From contig NC_092671.1 in the NCBI RefSeq assembly GCF_964355755.1, forward strand, positions 25,370,070-25,434,069: a stretch of DNA of 64,000 bases. The letters are read 5' to 3'. Position numbers and translations under genes: made by a program. The notes under the pieces are model-generated. The model was not told where the DNA came from and did no database searches. It saw nothing but the letters and a program-made list of their open reading frames with translations. Source of the DNA: Antedon mediterranea. Its lineage: Eukaryota; Animalia; Echinodermata. Each line of letters opens with the position of its first letter. Positions within the stretch are counted from its first letter, which is position 1. Below are positions 37,671-51,164 of this stretch, in pieces.

Positions 37671-38084
37671 GATTAGGCCATAAAAAGTACAATATTAATT
37701 AACATACACTTAGAGTAGTTAAATATATAAGCATATAAATCAATTCATGAAATGAATTAATAACTTGCTTAACATAGAGATATTATTGTTCACTGTAAAA
37801 TCTCAATGAATTAACTAAGTTAATGATTAAATATTGATTTTTAATTTGTTATAGATCAATTATGTCCATGAATATTTTAATTTTAATGAATATTTACATA
37901 GCATATATTATGTAACGCTGTTGCATTGTTTGAAATGCATCTCTTTATTGTGAAAAATACAAAAATTATTGAAAAAGTATTACATTTTTAAATTGTGTTT
38001 AACAAAATCCCAAATAATAAGAAGAAAGATTAAGATGTATGTCTCATAGGAACAGTGGAAATATAAGGTAAAGTTCATGGGTTT

Positions 38085-38420
38085 TTTTGGGCAGCCATTT
38101 TGATTTTTAAAATGTCGACCATTGGATGAGCTTAAATTAATTCTGTATTTATATTCCTTGACCCTCGAAACCTACATTTTGCCACCAAAATCATGTCTAT
38201 ACATGCTGTAGAAGCTGAGATATGGGCACACATCTGTATTTTAAGGCGGCTATTGGATTAACTTCAAAATGCTGTATTTGAATTCCTTGACCCTTAAAAA
38301 CATAAACTTTGCCACCAAAATCACTTACATACATAAAGAGAAGAGATATAAGCAAAACCTGTATTTTATGTCGGCCATTTTGAAAATCTAAAATGGCGGC
38401 TTTTCCCAGGCCAGATGAGC
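38085..38420. repeat. Repeat with internal direct units of about 125-140 bp
   Basis: GGC.GCCATTTTG / CTGTATTT..ATTCCTTGACCC...TTTGCCACCAAAATCA...GAGATAT repeated about 2.5 times. Confidence 0.6.
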
Positions 38421-39302
38421 TGGAACTTTGGTAGATATATAGACATCATATAATACAAAACACTTGTTTCTAATTTTTTTCCAGATTGGCCCGTTTTAGA
38501 TACTATTTTTTGGCAACAGTACTAAATAGTAATATAAAAATGATTACAAATACCAGAACCAACATTCCTATGTCAAAAATTAAGGATTTATTTGTTGAAC
38601 ACCAAACTGGTGGCTGTTTTGGTTCTGATATAGGTTGTTGGAGTACTTGTTCCTGTTGCATTCCTTGTTCTTGTTGCTGTTCTTGTAATTCTGCTTGTTG
38701 CTGTTCTGGTTCATTTAGTGGTAGTTGTTGATTTAGTTGTCTATGGAGGTTTAGTTGCTGCTGTGTTTCCAATTGATCTAGTTGTTTCCGTAGTAGTCTG
38801 TCATCCTTCTCATTCTTCATCATCGTCTCTGAAACACGCTCTTTTATTACATCAATTAGGAGACATAACACGCTAATCGCGATGACTGCTAAAAAAAATT
38901 GTCCTACCGAACAAGAAAAATACTTCAGATAAATAAAACGAAAAGATTTTGTGTTTAGGGAGACAATAAAATGACGTCATTTTAACTTATTTCAATTCAG
39001 TATATTAACATGTAAGCACATTTTCAGATGACGTGGCCAGTCTATGAAAACATAATAAGCCATGACAGAAATCTGAGTAGCGTGAAATTTTAGCAGTGTC
39101 CCGATTACGCTGCATTTCAAAATGAAGATGAAATCTTAGAAAGAGAAAGCTACGTTTCGTAAAAAAAATGAAAGGCTTAGTAAAACAGTATTGCGCAAAG
39201 TAAAGTACATTAAATTTTTATTATAATATGAATTAATTTTAAAATAACATATACTTTTTAGTTAAAAGTCAGTTGGGCCTTTCTAATTAAATCCTCCCTT
39301 TA

Positions 39303-40510
39303 TAGTTGGGGAGCCAGAAAGGGTTTACGTGCACCCTCTAGCAAACTATGTTAACAATGTGTTTTGCTTCCTTATATCAATACAAATAAATTTGTTGCTG
39401 TTGGCCGAAAACAAATTGGGATGCTTGGTCAGTACAGCGGCCAAAAGGTCAATATGGTCAAAGTTAGAACTGTGCGTAACTTGGTAACTACTGGGTGTAT
39501 TGGAATATTTTTTTGTGCCAAACTACTCTGAAGACCCATATTTCTATTCACTCTAATGGGAAACTTTTGCCAAAAGTGGACAGAAACCCCTTTTCTGACC
39601 ACTGATCAAGAAATTGGCCATATTAATATCTCATCAATCAGTGGTCAGAAAGTGATAATTGTGGTCTCAAATTCATTCCTAGTATTTTGAGAAGAAAACT
39701 ATCACTTTGTGACCTGGTTGCTAAATATTTCTATGGTCATTTTCTTGATCAGTGGTCATGATATGTCTTTTGGCACTTGTTCATTAGAGTGATATCAATT
39801 TGAGTGTATTTTGATATTAAGCAAAGACAACATTCGCTAGTTATTAAAAATGTGTGCTCCACGCAAAACTGATTGTACCAGCTATAGGTTAAATGTCAAA
39901 ATAAGGTGTTTTTTGGCAAAAGTTGTCCATTAAATTGAATAGAAATATGTATCTTCTGAGTATTTTGACACCAACTATGACCATATTATCCGCCCAACAA
40001 TTTCTGAGGTATGAAAAGTGTGCTCCAAGCCAACAATATTTGTGCAGGCTATATGTCAAAGGTCAAAATTAGGAATTTATTAACAGTTTTATAATTTGTA
40101 TTACATTAGAGAACAAATATAAAAATATACTTTGCGAGTAATTTGAGACCACAATTATCACTTTCTGACCAGTGATTGATGAGATATTCATATGGCCAAT
40201 TTCTTGACCAGTGGTCAGAAAAGGATTTCTGTCCACTTTGGCAAAAGTTTCCGATTAGAGTGAATAGAAATATGGGTCTTCTGAGTAGTTTGGCACAAAA
40301 AATATTTCAATACACCCACCCAGTAGTTACCAAGTTACGCACAGTTCTAACTTTGACCATATTGACCTTTTGGCCCCTGTACTGACCAAGCATCCCAATT
40401 TTTTTTCGGCCAAAAGCAAAAAAATTGACTTGTATTGATATAAGGAAGCAAAAAAACATTAACATAGTTTGCTAGAGGGTGCACGTAAACCCTTTCTGGC
40501 TCCCTAACTA
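39303..40510. mobile_element. 1.2-kb non-autonomous DNA transposon with about 370-bp TIRs
   Basis: TAGTTGGGGAGCCAGAAAGGGTTTACGTGCACCCTCTAGCAAACTATG ... CATAGTTTGCTAGAGGGTGCACGTAAACCCTTTCTGGCTCCCTAACTA, flanked by TTA on both sides (PIF/Harbinger-type TSD, or TA if the ends are drawn 2 bp inward). Confidence 0.92.
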
Positions 40511-41519
40511 TTATTTATATTGTTTCGTTTCGTACTGTTGTGCTTTTGTTCTCTATTTGATTTATGTATTTTTTAGAATTTGTATTATATGAAAATAAGT
40601 GCATGATTGAATATAGTCGGACATTTGGGTCTACAAATAATAAGTCTACGTTACGTATTAAAGCCGAGCAGCAATTTGCCGACGCCAACACGCTCTGTAA
40701 ATTTGTAGGAGTCTGACCGCGTCGTCGAAACGAAATGCGCTCTTATACATACCGGCATATTAATAGCAAGACAAAACTTATCTTATCGAAGTTAATAAAA
40801 ATTACCAATTTTTGGACTTTTATCTGCTACTGGAGGCAGAGACAAGACGATTAGCTGTTGAAAGACAATCTGCGCAAGTAGTACAGTTGTTTCATAATTA
40901 ATTTAATCTTCCTGCAGAATCGTACGGTATAAGAAACATAAAGGGCATCAGGAATGAACAAAGATAGTATGGAAAAATATAAAAGGTTTTTTGAAATTAG
41001 TCTCGTCGGTGTATGTGATCGAAAAGTTTGACGATGCATATAAAGTAGATAAATAATTATAGTCGATCGATTTCCTGTAAAGCTGACCAATTCCCAAATT
41101 CCATCGCCAACAAATTTACACTTAGCTTCAATCGGCTCAAAGTCTACTTGGCTTTCATCAAGTGTCGAGGACATAAATTCCAATAAACATGTTTGACTAT
41201 CTTTAGGATAATTTTCGATGTCAATATGACAATTATTATGTTCTAAATAAAGTTATGCTTGAAAGGCTAACGCTGCCGTTGTAGCATACTTTAACAGGAA
41301 CACTTTCCATGAAATATCTGTGATCTTTGTCTATACTAATTTATAATTTAAAAAAGTATAAAAGAACATTATTTTAGCATATAACAAAACGATATTGTTT
41401 GTATGGCGAAAAAAAAACATTAAAATATAATTTACATCATGTGATTTCTACAAAGAAATATAATAAAGTTGAGACATTGTTTTTTTAGTGTTCAATGATG
41501 AAACACCCATCAGAAATAT

Positions 41520-41963
41520 TACTAACCTGACACGAGAAGAATAAAAATTATGTAAAGAATTTGCACAGCGATGCGTCCGTTCTGATACAATTAAAGAATC
41601 AATTCTCGCACCACGGTATGGTTCTTAGAAAATCCAACGAATTCCTTATTCCAACACCCCACCCCACCAGCTCAAACAGAACGATATGGCAACAGTGCTA
41701 TACCCTTCCTTGCCAAACTTCTTAATGATTCTCGTTTTCGACGGTCATCTTGTGCAATTTATCTTCGCGAGTTGTTTATGCCTCTTGCATTCAGCATATA
41801 GTTGTTTGGTAATTTTCCATTTTTTTTATTGTATTTTATATTAATTGTTTAATATTTGAATGTTTTTTATATTTCTTATCTGTTTTTTATATTATTGTTA
41901 GGCTTATATTGTTGTAATTTAGCCTTGTGCTGTGATCACGATATTTTTTAAATAAATAAATAA
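41520..41963 (+). mobile_element. LINE 3' end fragment
   Basis: Peptides RRIKLCKEFAQRC and QTERYGNSAIPFLAKLLN resemble non-LTR ORF2 C-termini, followed by a T-rich UTR and an (AAAT)n tail. Confidence 0.6.
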
Positions 41964-43819
41964 CAGTCTTTTCACGTTTCTTGTTGATGTCGTTTTAGTG
42001 TCACAAAATAGTTAGTGAAATCATTTTTATGATCAATAGACATTTTTTGCCCGCACCTGGCCTTTAAGACGATTTCTGAAATAAAAGCGTGATTAGATAA
42101 TATGTTATATAATTAGTAGCCTATGTAAATTGAGTACCTCCATTAAATATACTTTTGGTTTTATTTTATGATGGCACTAGGCTACACTGAAAAACAATAA
42201 TAAAGCCGTTTATATATTAATATGTTTATAAGATCTCTGGCCTATATACTACTATGACTAGAATCTGCATAACTTCTTATCTTTTTATTATTTACTTTCT
42301 CTTTCTTTTTCTTAGTTTCAATAATGGCAAAATAACAATAATATACATAATAATATAATTAAGGCATTATTGAGGATCCTGTAAAAGAAGAAGTTTCTTG
42401 TCTCATGCAGGATCCCAAAGAAAATAAACATGAACAATTGTGACAGCCAGTTTTTCTATATCTGCATCATTGCCGTATTATAACTATGCCTAGTAACTGT
42501 ACATACTTTTTTAGAAGTACAATATCAGGTGTCCAGATTGTACTCTGTGGCAGTCGTAGGCATTCCCGTTTCGGTTAGGTTCCAGGCAATGAATTTTAAA
42601 AGGGGCCGCGTTTTGCCTTTAATGGGAAAATTGCAAAATCAGCACTGGTCATGTTTACAAAATAACAAATAGTTGTAAAAAAAATATAGACTACCGTATG
42701 ATGACACGAAATTATCCAACCGAATTGGATATATTCAGGAGTGCTATATCTTATCTACCAGTTCAATAATATGAGTTAACACAAAAGTAAATCCAATCTC
42801 GGTGACATTATCAGTGTTAAGTACTGGGCGGGTTGCTGGGGGTTGAGGATATCTTTCAGCAAGCTCTTTTGTAAGCTGTGCCGTTTTACTCGAATTATTC
42901 ACGACGTCCACGCTCGTCCCGCCATTTACTAAAGATAACATTGTTTACAAACATGCATGGAGGACATAAAACTTTTAGTGAAAGTTATGCAATAATTAAA
43001 AAAATTCAAAACATAGATAAATCTAATTGTTGTAAGATATTTAACATAATGCTAGTCTAATAACGCTTTTTAATACAAAAGTTACAGACCAATACTAATA
43101 TAATATACGGTACAGATACCATTATTTAAATATTATATGTATTTATTTATTTTTGTCAACAATATTTACAAAGGGTGTCCCTTCTAGGTCTTTTAAAGAG
43201 GATCTGATAACCATGGGCCCTTTTTATCAAATTTAAATTACAATATTTAAAATATAAAATTTGAACAAAAGATATACAAAACAAAACAAAATCAAATACA
43301 AATATTAAATTGCTTATCATTATCAAAATTGTCATTTTAGTGCTATGGTGAATACAATAACATAATATATATTTCTTTACATCGACCTATACGGTTAAAA
43401 ATTATTTGTTGTTTTCCCTAACCCAGAGAAATATATTTTTAATATAATGGCTCTGCCCTAACCTTGTAAAATGTATAATTTCAATTCGCGTTCTGTCTCC
43501 CAACTAAATGGTTGGAAATATCGCTACTACAGTGAGTGTATTACCGATGATGAAAACCTAAAAACGTACCGGTATTTTGTAGAAGTGCCGATACAAGTAG
43601 AAACGTTATAAGTATTTGCAAAGACACCACATTCAAGCAATTGGGCATAGTTGAGTAGTTTATATACTTCTTCTAAATGACTAAAAGAACAAAAACAATT
43701 ATTTTAATACCATTAAAGAGGCGTACGATGATGCTTTTTTAAAATGAATCTAGAAGTGAATTCACAGTCTACACTTTTTTCATTACACATACTATGGTAT
43801 ATATAGTATAGTATAGTAA

Positions 43820-43965
43820 CACAAATAAAAATAAATTGGTTACTTCATGGTACTTAATATTGACTGCAAATTTGTTTCGTAAGCTAGCAAAGTTACAAAG
43901 CTAGCTTACGAAACAAATTTGTAGTCAATTGTACCATAAAGTAACCAAGTTTATTTTTATTTGTG
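43820..43965. repeat. Inverted repeat of about 145 bp (MITE-like) upstream of the channel pseudogene ATG
   Basis: CACAAATAAAAATAAA...AAATTTGTTTCGTAAGCTAGC, an 11-nt loop, then GCTAGCTTACGAAACAAATTT...TTTATTTTTATTTGTG. Confidence 0.85.
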
Positions 43966-45814
43966 ATACATATCTAGCTCTACTAATGTTATCGAGCACT
44001 GTAACCAGAAGATCTAGTTATCTCTTACTCGTAAGTATAGTATTATATAGTATATAAAAATAAAGGAGGCACATGCTATATTGTATTACAATATACATAC
44101 ATCCTCTTTTATTTGTATTTCTTTTATTCCAGTCCACTCGCGCAGCGTTTTCATTCATTACAAAATTAATTTTCAATTCAAAATCAACATATCGGGGAGA
44201 ATTAGGCGACTGAAATTAAACAATTCACGTTTTAAATTATCTTTTGTTCAAAACACAATACGCACATTTTTTCGAGCACTTTTTAATTCAGTGTGTTAAA
44301 TGTTGCAATATTTGTATGTTTTATAGTATTTTTAAATGTATTTTAGAAGTATTTTAAACGTCATATAAAATTATTTACAATATATTTTAATATCCTATCT
44401 TTCCATGGAAGACGATTTTCAAAAAATTATGTTACATTTTTCACGAATAAAGTTGATCTATGTCAATATGTCTAAATCATAATAAAAATGTCACAGATAG
44501 ACCTACCTATGAAAACCTGAACAAACACAAAGTAAATCAGGATATTATAATGACTTAAATAGAAAATGCTGGGCTACTATAAGGCAACTATTTTTCCGAC
44601 CATGTGATCTCATGACTCCAATCTGAACTTAATTGCTATGAATGCATATGCCTTTTTCACGAAAAGGAAGACATCTTCGATCGATGACAAACAATGCTGC
44701 TGTGTAGGGAAGCGTAGAAGTTTCGTAAAAAAGGCGTATTGTTTAGCGACCGTTAAACGCTTTCTGAACACAAGCTATATAAAACATAATTGTAGGACTA
44801 GTTTTGAAAATTCACAGAGTTCGTACTACTACTACTACAATTGGTGCTATGATAAGTAAATATCAATAACGAAACTCAGTGTAAACGGAACTTGATGATG
44901 TTGGGGTGCGATATATATAATTATATAGGCATAATAATTGTGAATAATGTACGGGTATGTTGGAAGTTATGCTATGAGGTTAATGTGACATGTTGTGTTC
45001 TTGGATAGTAGGGTGTCTGATTAGATGGGGATTTGTTAGACGACCACGTCACGATTATGCCTGGCAGGGTTTATTAATGAGTGTCTGCAAACGAGATCTG
45101 GACGACGGATATAAGGAATGAGAGGCAGAAGAAATGCGGAAATAATGCCAGACAATGCTGCCTCATGTTTATGTTTCTGTTAAATAAAAACGGACAAAAT
45201 TAGGTAGACGTTTCAGAGGTAACTAATGGTGAAATATACAATACATGATAATGTGTATGAGTTCGACATATATTATCTTTCGGTAAATGTGTGCGAGTAT
45301 TTCTGTACCGTATATTTGAGGCCTATAGCCTAGAAAGATACAAAATAACCACATACTAAATCAAACTTAACAACAAGGTAGAGCTTGGCCACAAAATACT
45401 GGCCTATAACATGCGTTATATGGTGAAATAAATAATACATCCGAATTAGCATGTTTATTTACTTGGCTTGTAGGCCTTAATTGAAAGTTAGTACGGTATT
45501 CGTTCCAGTTGTTTCTCCCTTGTCTTAACCGGAAAACTATGACGTGATTTGATAGCGTATCCTTGAATGTCATTGTTGTAAGTGACGTCACACCCAAAAA
45601 AATGACATTTTTAAATGGGGCCAAAACAAATAAAGAAACACAATTTCGACGTAAAGTTGATATGGAAATGACCAGTGATAGGACATCTCCCTTTACTGCA
45701 ATGTATACCTCCGTGTGACGTGTCAGACAATATAAGAAATTGTCATGAATTCCGAGATTTTTCTTTAGGACATAACACAATTTAATTTAGTGTTCCATCC
45801 ATCCTTGCATTTGT

Positions 45815-46197
45815 TTGTTGCGCATGCGTCGCCATAAATAAATCGTATGCGCAGCCAGAGTGCTCTAGTAACGTGTGTGCTTCAAGAATTTGTCATTAAT
45901 TTTATCTACGGAAAGTACATCATTTTCTTACGAATTTAGTTTTAAGTATTTTAAAATATAATCAAAATATGCTATTTTTATATTTGAAATTAATTTTAAC
46001 ATGTGCAATGGCGGGCAATCCATGAATTGTGGTTTTATATCATATTATGGCTAGGATGCGATTTTGTATACGAGAATTCATTTGTAGTGCCTGGTAGTAG
46101 GCCTAGTAGTAGTGCTACGAGGTCATCTACGTCACCAGCTAAAAAACTTTCCAGCCTCTGTCGGTTTGGTTGTGATTTCTTCTCTGTTGTCTGAAGG
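45815..46197 (+). promoter_or_regulatory. Candidate promoter and non-coding first exon of a downstream plus-strand gene
   Basis: NRF1-like TGCGCATGCG at 45819, a CpG-richer patch, and a donor AGG|GTAAGG at 46198. No ORF. Confidence 0.35.
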
Positions 46198-47790
46198 GTA
46201 AGGTTGAGTAAGCTTACGTTTATGTTCGAAAAGTTCCCATCTCAAATCCAATTCCAGTGTATACTGCTCTTTGCTATACTCCGAGAGTGTGTCACCAAAA
46301 CCAAGTACAAAGTAAGTGAACAGACACTCGGTATTATGGCGGAAATATAAAGTTTTTAGGCCGCTATTAAGTAGGATATTTCTACATTCTTTACGTCTGT
46401 CTGTTTTTATTGATCATGTATGTACATGTAGGAGCATTAGAAATAACCGTATCTCCCATTATCCATTGACCACAACAGGACTTGAGGGATTCGACTAGTG
46501 TTCAATATCCGGAAAATTCGTCCTAGTTAATTAGCGAGTTTCATTAGTAAATTTGTTGTTGCGTCGTTATGTTACATTTGCAACCACAAACATTCATACC
46601 TCTTAACTCTTGAGATTATCAATCGCTAGTGTGGGCATTTTTAAATTGTAAGGTATGCAGTAGGACATTCTACATGGTGTGTTAATTGTGCAAGAGTATG
46701 TCAAAGCCAAATTGCACATGTATGATAAAGAATTTAAGTTTTAAACCAACAGTTCCTGTATCACGTAGTTTTATGCGTCATAATATCAAATAACACATAT
46801 AACAGTCTTTAAATAATTTTTTCAATATGAGTAGGCCTATTAAGTATGTCTAGCATCATTAAAGGTAATCAAACAAAGGACGCTGAGCCCGCTTGCCAAC
46901 ATAGGCATTAATTGGGAAGGGTTTTCAATTAGATAAAGGTTATAACGTACGGATTATGGATGATAACGTTTTGGTACTACCATTCACGTAGATCCTAATG
47001 ACATTTTGTGTAATTTTCCGTTGATCTAGGAAAGCCTATCCTGTGTTGTTTGATTGCCTTGCATCAATAAAGCAAATGCTGCATTGTGATGTCGGTCAAT
47101 AATTATTTTAAAACAACGACAATCAGCTAAATTAAATAATAATTAAACATATGCTTTGTTACACTAGCATAACGTACACTTTCCTCCCGTAACCGTAATG
47201 TACACACCGAGTACCGATCTTTCTCCGTATTTATGCCGTTTATTCATTACGTCATTCTATTAATTAATCACTAATAGGATGCCACCATAGTTTGCCTTTA
47301 TCCTGTCTTATCTAATATATAATCGATCGCGTGTGTTTGTTTGTTCGTTTGTTTAGCAGGATTACTCAAAAAAGTAATTACAAGATATTTACCAAAATGA
47401 AAATACAGATAGATATGTGGTCAACTTTTGAAGGCAATCCGAACCACGGTCCCAATTTTGGACCACTGTTTAGTATCATTTTCAGACCTGTTAGTGTTAA
47501 AATATAGGACAGAATTTTCAAAAGCCGGCGAGCACTCTTAAAGTAGCAAGTAAACAGAAATTGCATTTAAGAACTACTTGTCCAAGAAACTTCATTTTTG
47601 TACACGATGAAAGAGTTATAATTTGGGCTTTGGAAATTTAAATCATAATTTGATTTAATTTACTGGATTTTAAAAAAACCTATTTATTTTCAAATTCACC
47701 TGTTTGTGTTTGGCGTTGGCTATTCTATTAATACTCAACTGAAACTATTGTTAGTTGAAAGTCATTACACCAAATTCGCATACACATGCT

Positions 47791-49040
47791 TCTATATATA
47801 AATTTGCGTAAGGGCAAAATTCGGTAAATCACGCGTTATTTCTAGAATGTTTACTCGATGGTATATAAAGTTAGTTAGAATCTCGGTACTGATTTTAACC
47901 ACCTGATGTAACCCTGTTTACGCACGCGTTATTTCTAGAATGTTTAGTCGATGGTATATAAAGTTAGTTAGAATCTCGGTACGGTACTGATTTTAACCAC
48001 CTGATGTAACCCTGTTTACCCTGAAAATGTGTGTAGTTGGTCGCTTTCTTGTAGATGCTTTTATTGTAGGACGTAATTTATTTATTTTTCTCTGTTCTGG
48101 GTTTACCAACTAGCATAGGTGTTTAGCACCTGTTTGGTCTTTCCGTGCCTCCTTTTATAATTGTTTTGTCTTCTTTGTTATGTATATGGCAGAAATTAAA
48201 TAAATAAAACAAAAATAAATAAAAAATAATTAAATTGAGTTAGATAATTAGTTATTGGCAATTAAAACGAATTTAGGTTCTACGATTTGCCCCCAAATAG
48301 GGATGTTTTCCGATCGTGGTATACACTGTCTAATGGATGTCCTCTTGAAAAATACCTGCACACAATAATACGAGGATTGGAGAATAAAAATTATATATAG
48401 TATTGCAATACTTTGAAAATATTGTAAATACTGTACCTATTAACCATTTTTGGTCGTCATTTGAATCGAAACTGTCTTACTGTTAATGTGGTTACTATAT
48501 ACAAAACAAAATATACAAAGAACATTTATTACTGTGACTGTGGGTAGATTACTGACAGTTGCTTCTCAACGTTTGTATTAATTAATACTTATAAAACTAT
48601 AAACGTCGTAGTGGTGTATCGTTACATGTACTATACTATTTCAATCGACTATAACAGGGACAGTTTAAAAAAGTATTATAAATCGTAAATGTTTTACTGT
48701 GTTTAGCGGTTATTGATAGACCTATAAAACATTTAAAACAATATTTCGTTACTGAGTGGATAGAGAATATATTTAAAAATTGTTCTTCCCATCCTCTTCC
48801 CCATCCCTCAACTTTAATGTTATATACAAAACACAAATTGGGTTTGTTTAAATGAGTTCAAATAAAAAAATTGGACTCATTTTTAAGACAAGGCCTAATT
48901 CCCAGGGTGCTAATTTTACATGAATCATCGTGTCTATTTATTCGTTTCTGTAAACGACAATGTACTAATAGTCCTGTGGTACGTACATTTTTTACGCTGA
49001 AATTACTGTGTATTCGAGAACCATCTGTAGATGGTACGCG
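47791..49040 (+). mobile_element. Helitron-like non-autonomous element, paralog of 21480-22753
   Basis: TCTATATATAAATTTGCGTAAGGGCAAAATTCGG start. It contains a tandem duplication of about 90 bp (47830-48019) and an A-tailed insertion (about 48020-48225). Confidence 0.65.
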
Positions 49041-50109
49041 AACGTACCATAAATCACACAGCATATATGACACAACAATTAAAAATTCTGGTTTTTTTTC
49101 TGTTAAATCTTGTGTAGGAGAATGTTACAGTAGGCGGATATATGCACTCTCGGAGTGTCGTTATTAGGCCTACTATTTCTTTGTAAAGTAAGAAATACAT
49201 TTAAAAAAATAAAAATTGTACATTACAAAGAATGAAGGGAATTAACTTTATTTTTATTTGATTCAATTGTTAACCTGTTAATCATGATTATGATAATATT
49301 GTTAATACTATGAAGTAGATGTCGTATATTTGGATATTGTATTTGTATACATTTACATACATATATATGTTTGATCATGAACCTACAATTAGTTATTGGT
49401 CCATTGTTTGAGAAACTGGGGAAATTGTGTACAGCGCGCGTAGTAGCCTATATTCATCAACAAACAACAGCATGCACATTTACGTTTGATACTATTTTAC
49501 GAATGTTATTTTTCTCTTTGAATTATTCATTTTTGCGTATTATATACGCCTATGCAAGAGTATAATTAGTTTTTGCGTCAGAGAATTAATAGTCAGATAT
49601 CTGCTCAACTATGACGTAATAGAGGGAAATGCCGGGCAAACAGACGTCTATTAGAGTTGGGTATAAAATCATAATAAACCGCTTGGAGGCGCTGATTTTC
49701 CTATGCTTATGATACACCTTCTCAATGTTCTACAGCTAAATGATGTCGGATTTATTATTATTTCAAGCACTGGTTAAATTTTCAAAAAGTGTTTCAGTCA
49801 AATTCGATTTTTAATACAGAAAAAAACCAGAAAGTATGTGTAGGCCTAGACGAAATGTGCGCGATTTTTGCCCACATTTGATGATAAAAGATACACATTT
49901 ATCTTAAATGTGTTCAGATATTCATCTACTGACATTAATTGTAAGAGGCTTTGAAAATATTTTCTCTGATATTATAATATATAAATATATATATTTTAAT
50001 TAGGAACATTTAACATTAGGAACATATTTTCAGATCGGTAAAATTATTCCATTGACTACCAAAATTTAATTTTCAATATTAACCACCATTTAAGCTGTTT
50101 TTTAGTTTC

Positions 50110-50430
50110 ATTCCAAAATTGTTAATATCTCTACCAAGCTACCTTTTTTGTTTTCTACTCTTATTCAGACTCCACACTGTCACCTTTTGTTATATTCCTG
50201 TCTACCCAGGCAGCATTTGCCAGTTCTTATGCTATGACGTTATCAAAATTCCTTCACTTGACCAGTGTTGCCCGAAAGCTTTGCTAATTTTTCTGGCTGT
50301 TTTACTTTATCGTTTTGATTTAGCTTTTCGCTTTTATTTTTGTATCTCCATTGAGATCCAGACACTGATACCCGCAGCATTGTCATTTTTTCAGTAATTT
50401 GCCTTTGGATTAATATATATATTTATATTA
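50110..50430 (+). repeat. Dispersed repeat, also present at 54920-55030 and as an inverted pair at 55380-55800
   Basis: ATATCTCTACCAAGCTACCTT and AGTGTTGCCCGAAAGCT...TTTACTTTATCGTTTTGATTTAGCTT are shared. Confidence 0.75.
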
Positions 50431-51015
50431 CAACTATTTTTTTTCAGAGTGCACTTTTATATAATCATTACAGTAATAATCCTAATAATAATAGGTCTAT
50501 GATCAAACTTTGCTAGACCTTGATGCTAAGTACAGTAGATTTTAGGATACGTACCTTAATCTCGCATACGTAACAAAATCATATAATGTCTGTGATTGAT
50601 AGTCTATTTAGATGGGTTAGGTTTACAATGTTTATTTGAAAACTATTTATTCTGTAATAAAACAAATACAATGCCGTTATTCTACACCATTGTTGAAAGT
50701 ATAGCTGTGTACATTTGTCATTAAAATTGTGATAAAGTATTCGTAATAGGATTTATAGCTTGTGTTTGATCACACGTCTATGTAACCTAATGAAGATGTT
50801 TATACAGCGAAACAAGGATTTTCCTAAAGCGTTTCTTTATCCCTAGAGAGTGCGCGTTTTAATGAACTCTATCCCGAACGTGCTAATTTACAAGTATTTT
50901 CTTGTGACCACCGGTCACTCTGTTGGTATAATATAATTAATTAACAATTACAATTATTGATATTGAACAGTTAATTGAATTGTGATGTTTGAAACTAAAA
51001 CTGTATCTCTTCCAG

Positions 51016-51164
51016 GTGAAAGTTGAAGACCTTTTCTCAGGTTTAGATATCTATATTGAGGGTGGTTAAGACGAATCGCTACCAATAATCATAGGCTTAA
51101 AATTCAGGATGTATTCCTCCGACAAAACAACAACAAGTACTCTTTAAAGAAACACTTTGTAATG
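51016..51164 (+). other. Candidate internal exon (5'UTR, possibly ending in ATG) of the downstream gene
   Basis: Acceptor TATCTCTTCCAG|G and donor ATG|GTATGT. No continuous ORF. Confidence 0.35.

Larger units (their letters stand above)
38503..43648 (-). pseudogene. Divergent nicotinic acetylcholine receptor-like Cys-loop ligand-gated ion channel subunit, disrupted
   Basis: Exon 43570-43648 is a signal peptide (MPNCLNVVSLQILITFLLVSALLQNT). Exon 42759-42928 has TRPVLNTDNVTEIGFTFVLTHIIEL. A mini-exon may lie at 42138-42176. Exon 40806-41335 has the Cys loop CHIDIENYPKDSQTC, GIWELV, M1 FPYYLCSFLMPFMFLIPYDSAGRL and M2 TTVLLAQIVFQQLI..LPP. Exon 38503-38888 has M3, a Q-rich loop and M4. There are several frameshifts and a stop in the large exon, and no WxPD exon was found. 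Confidence 0.85.
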
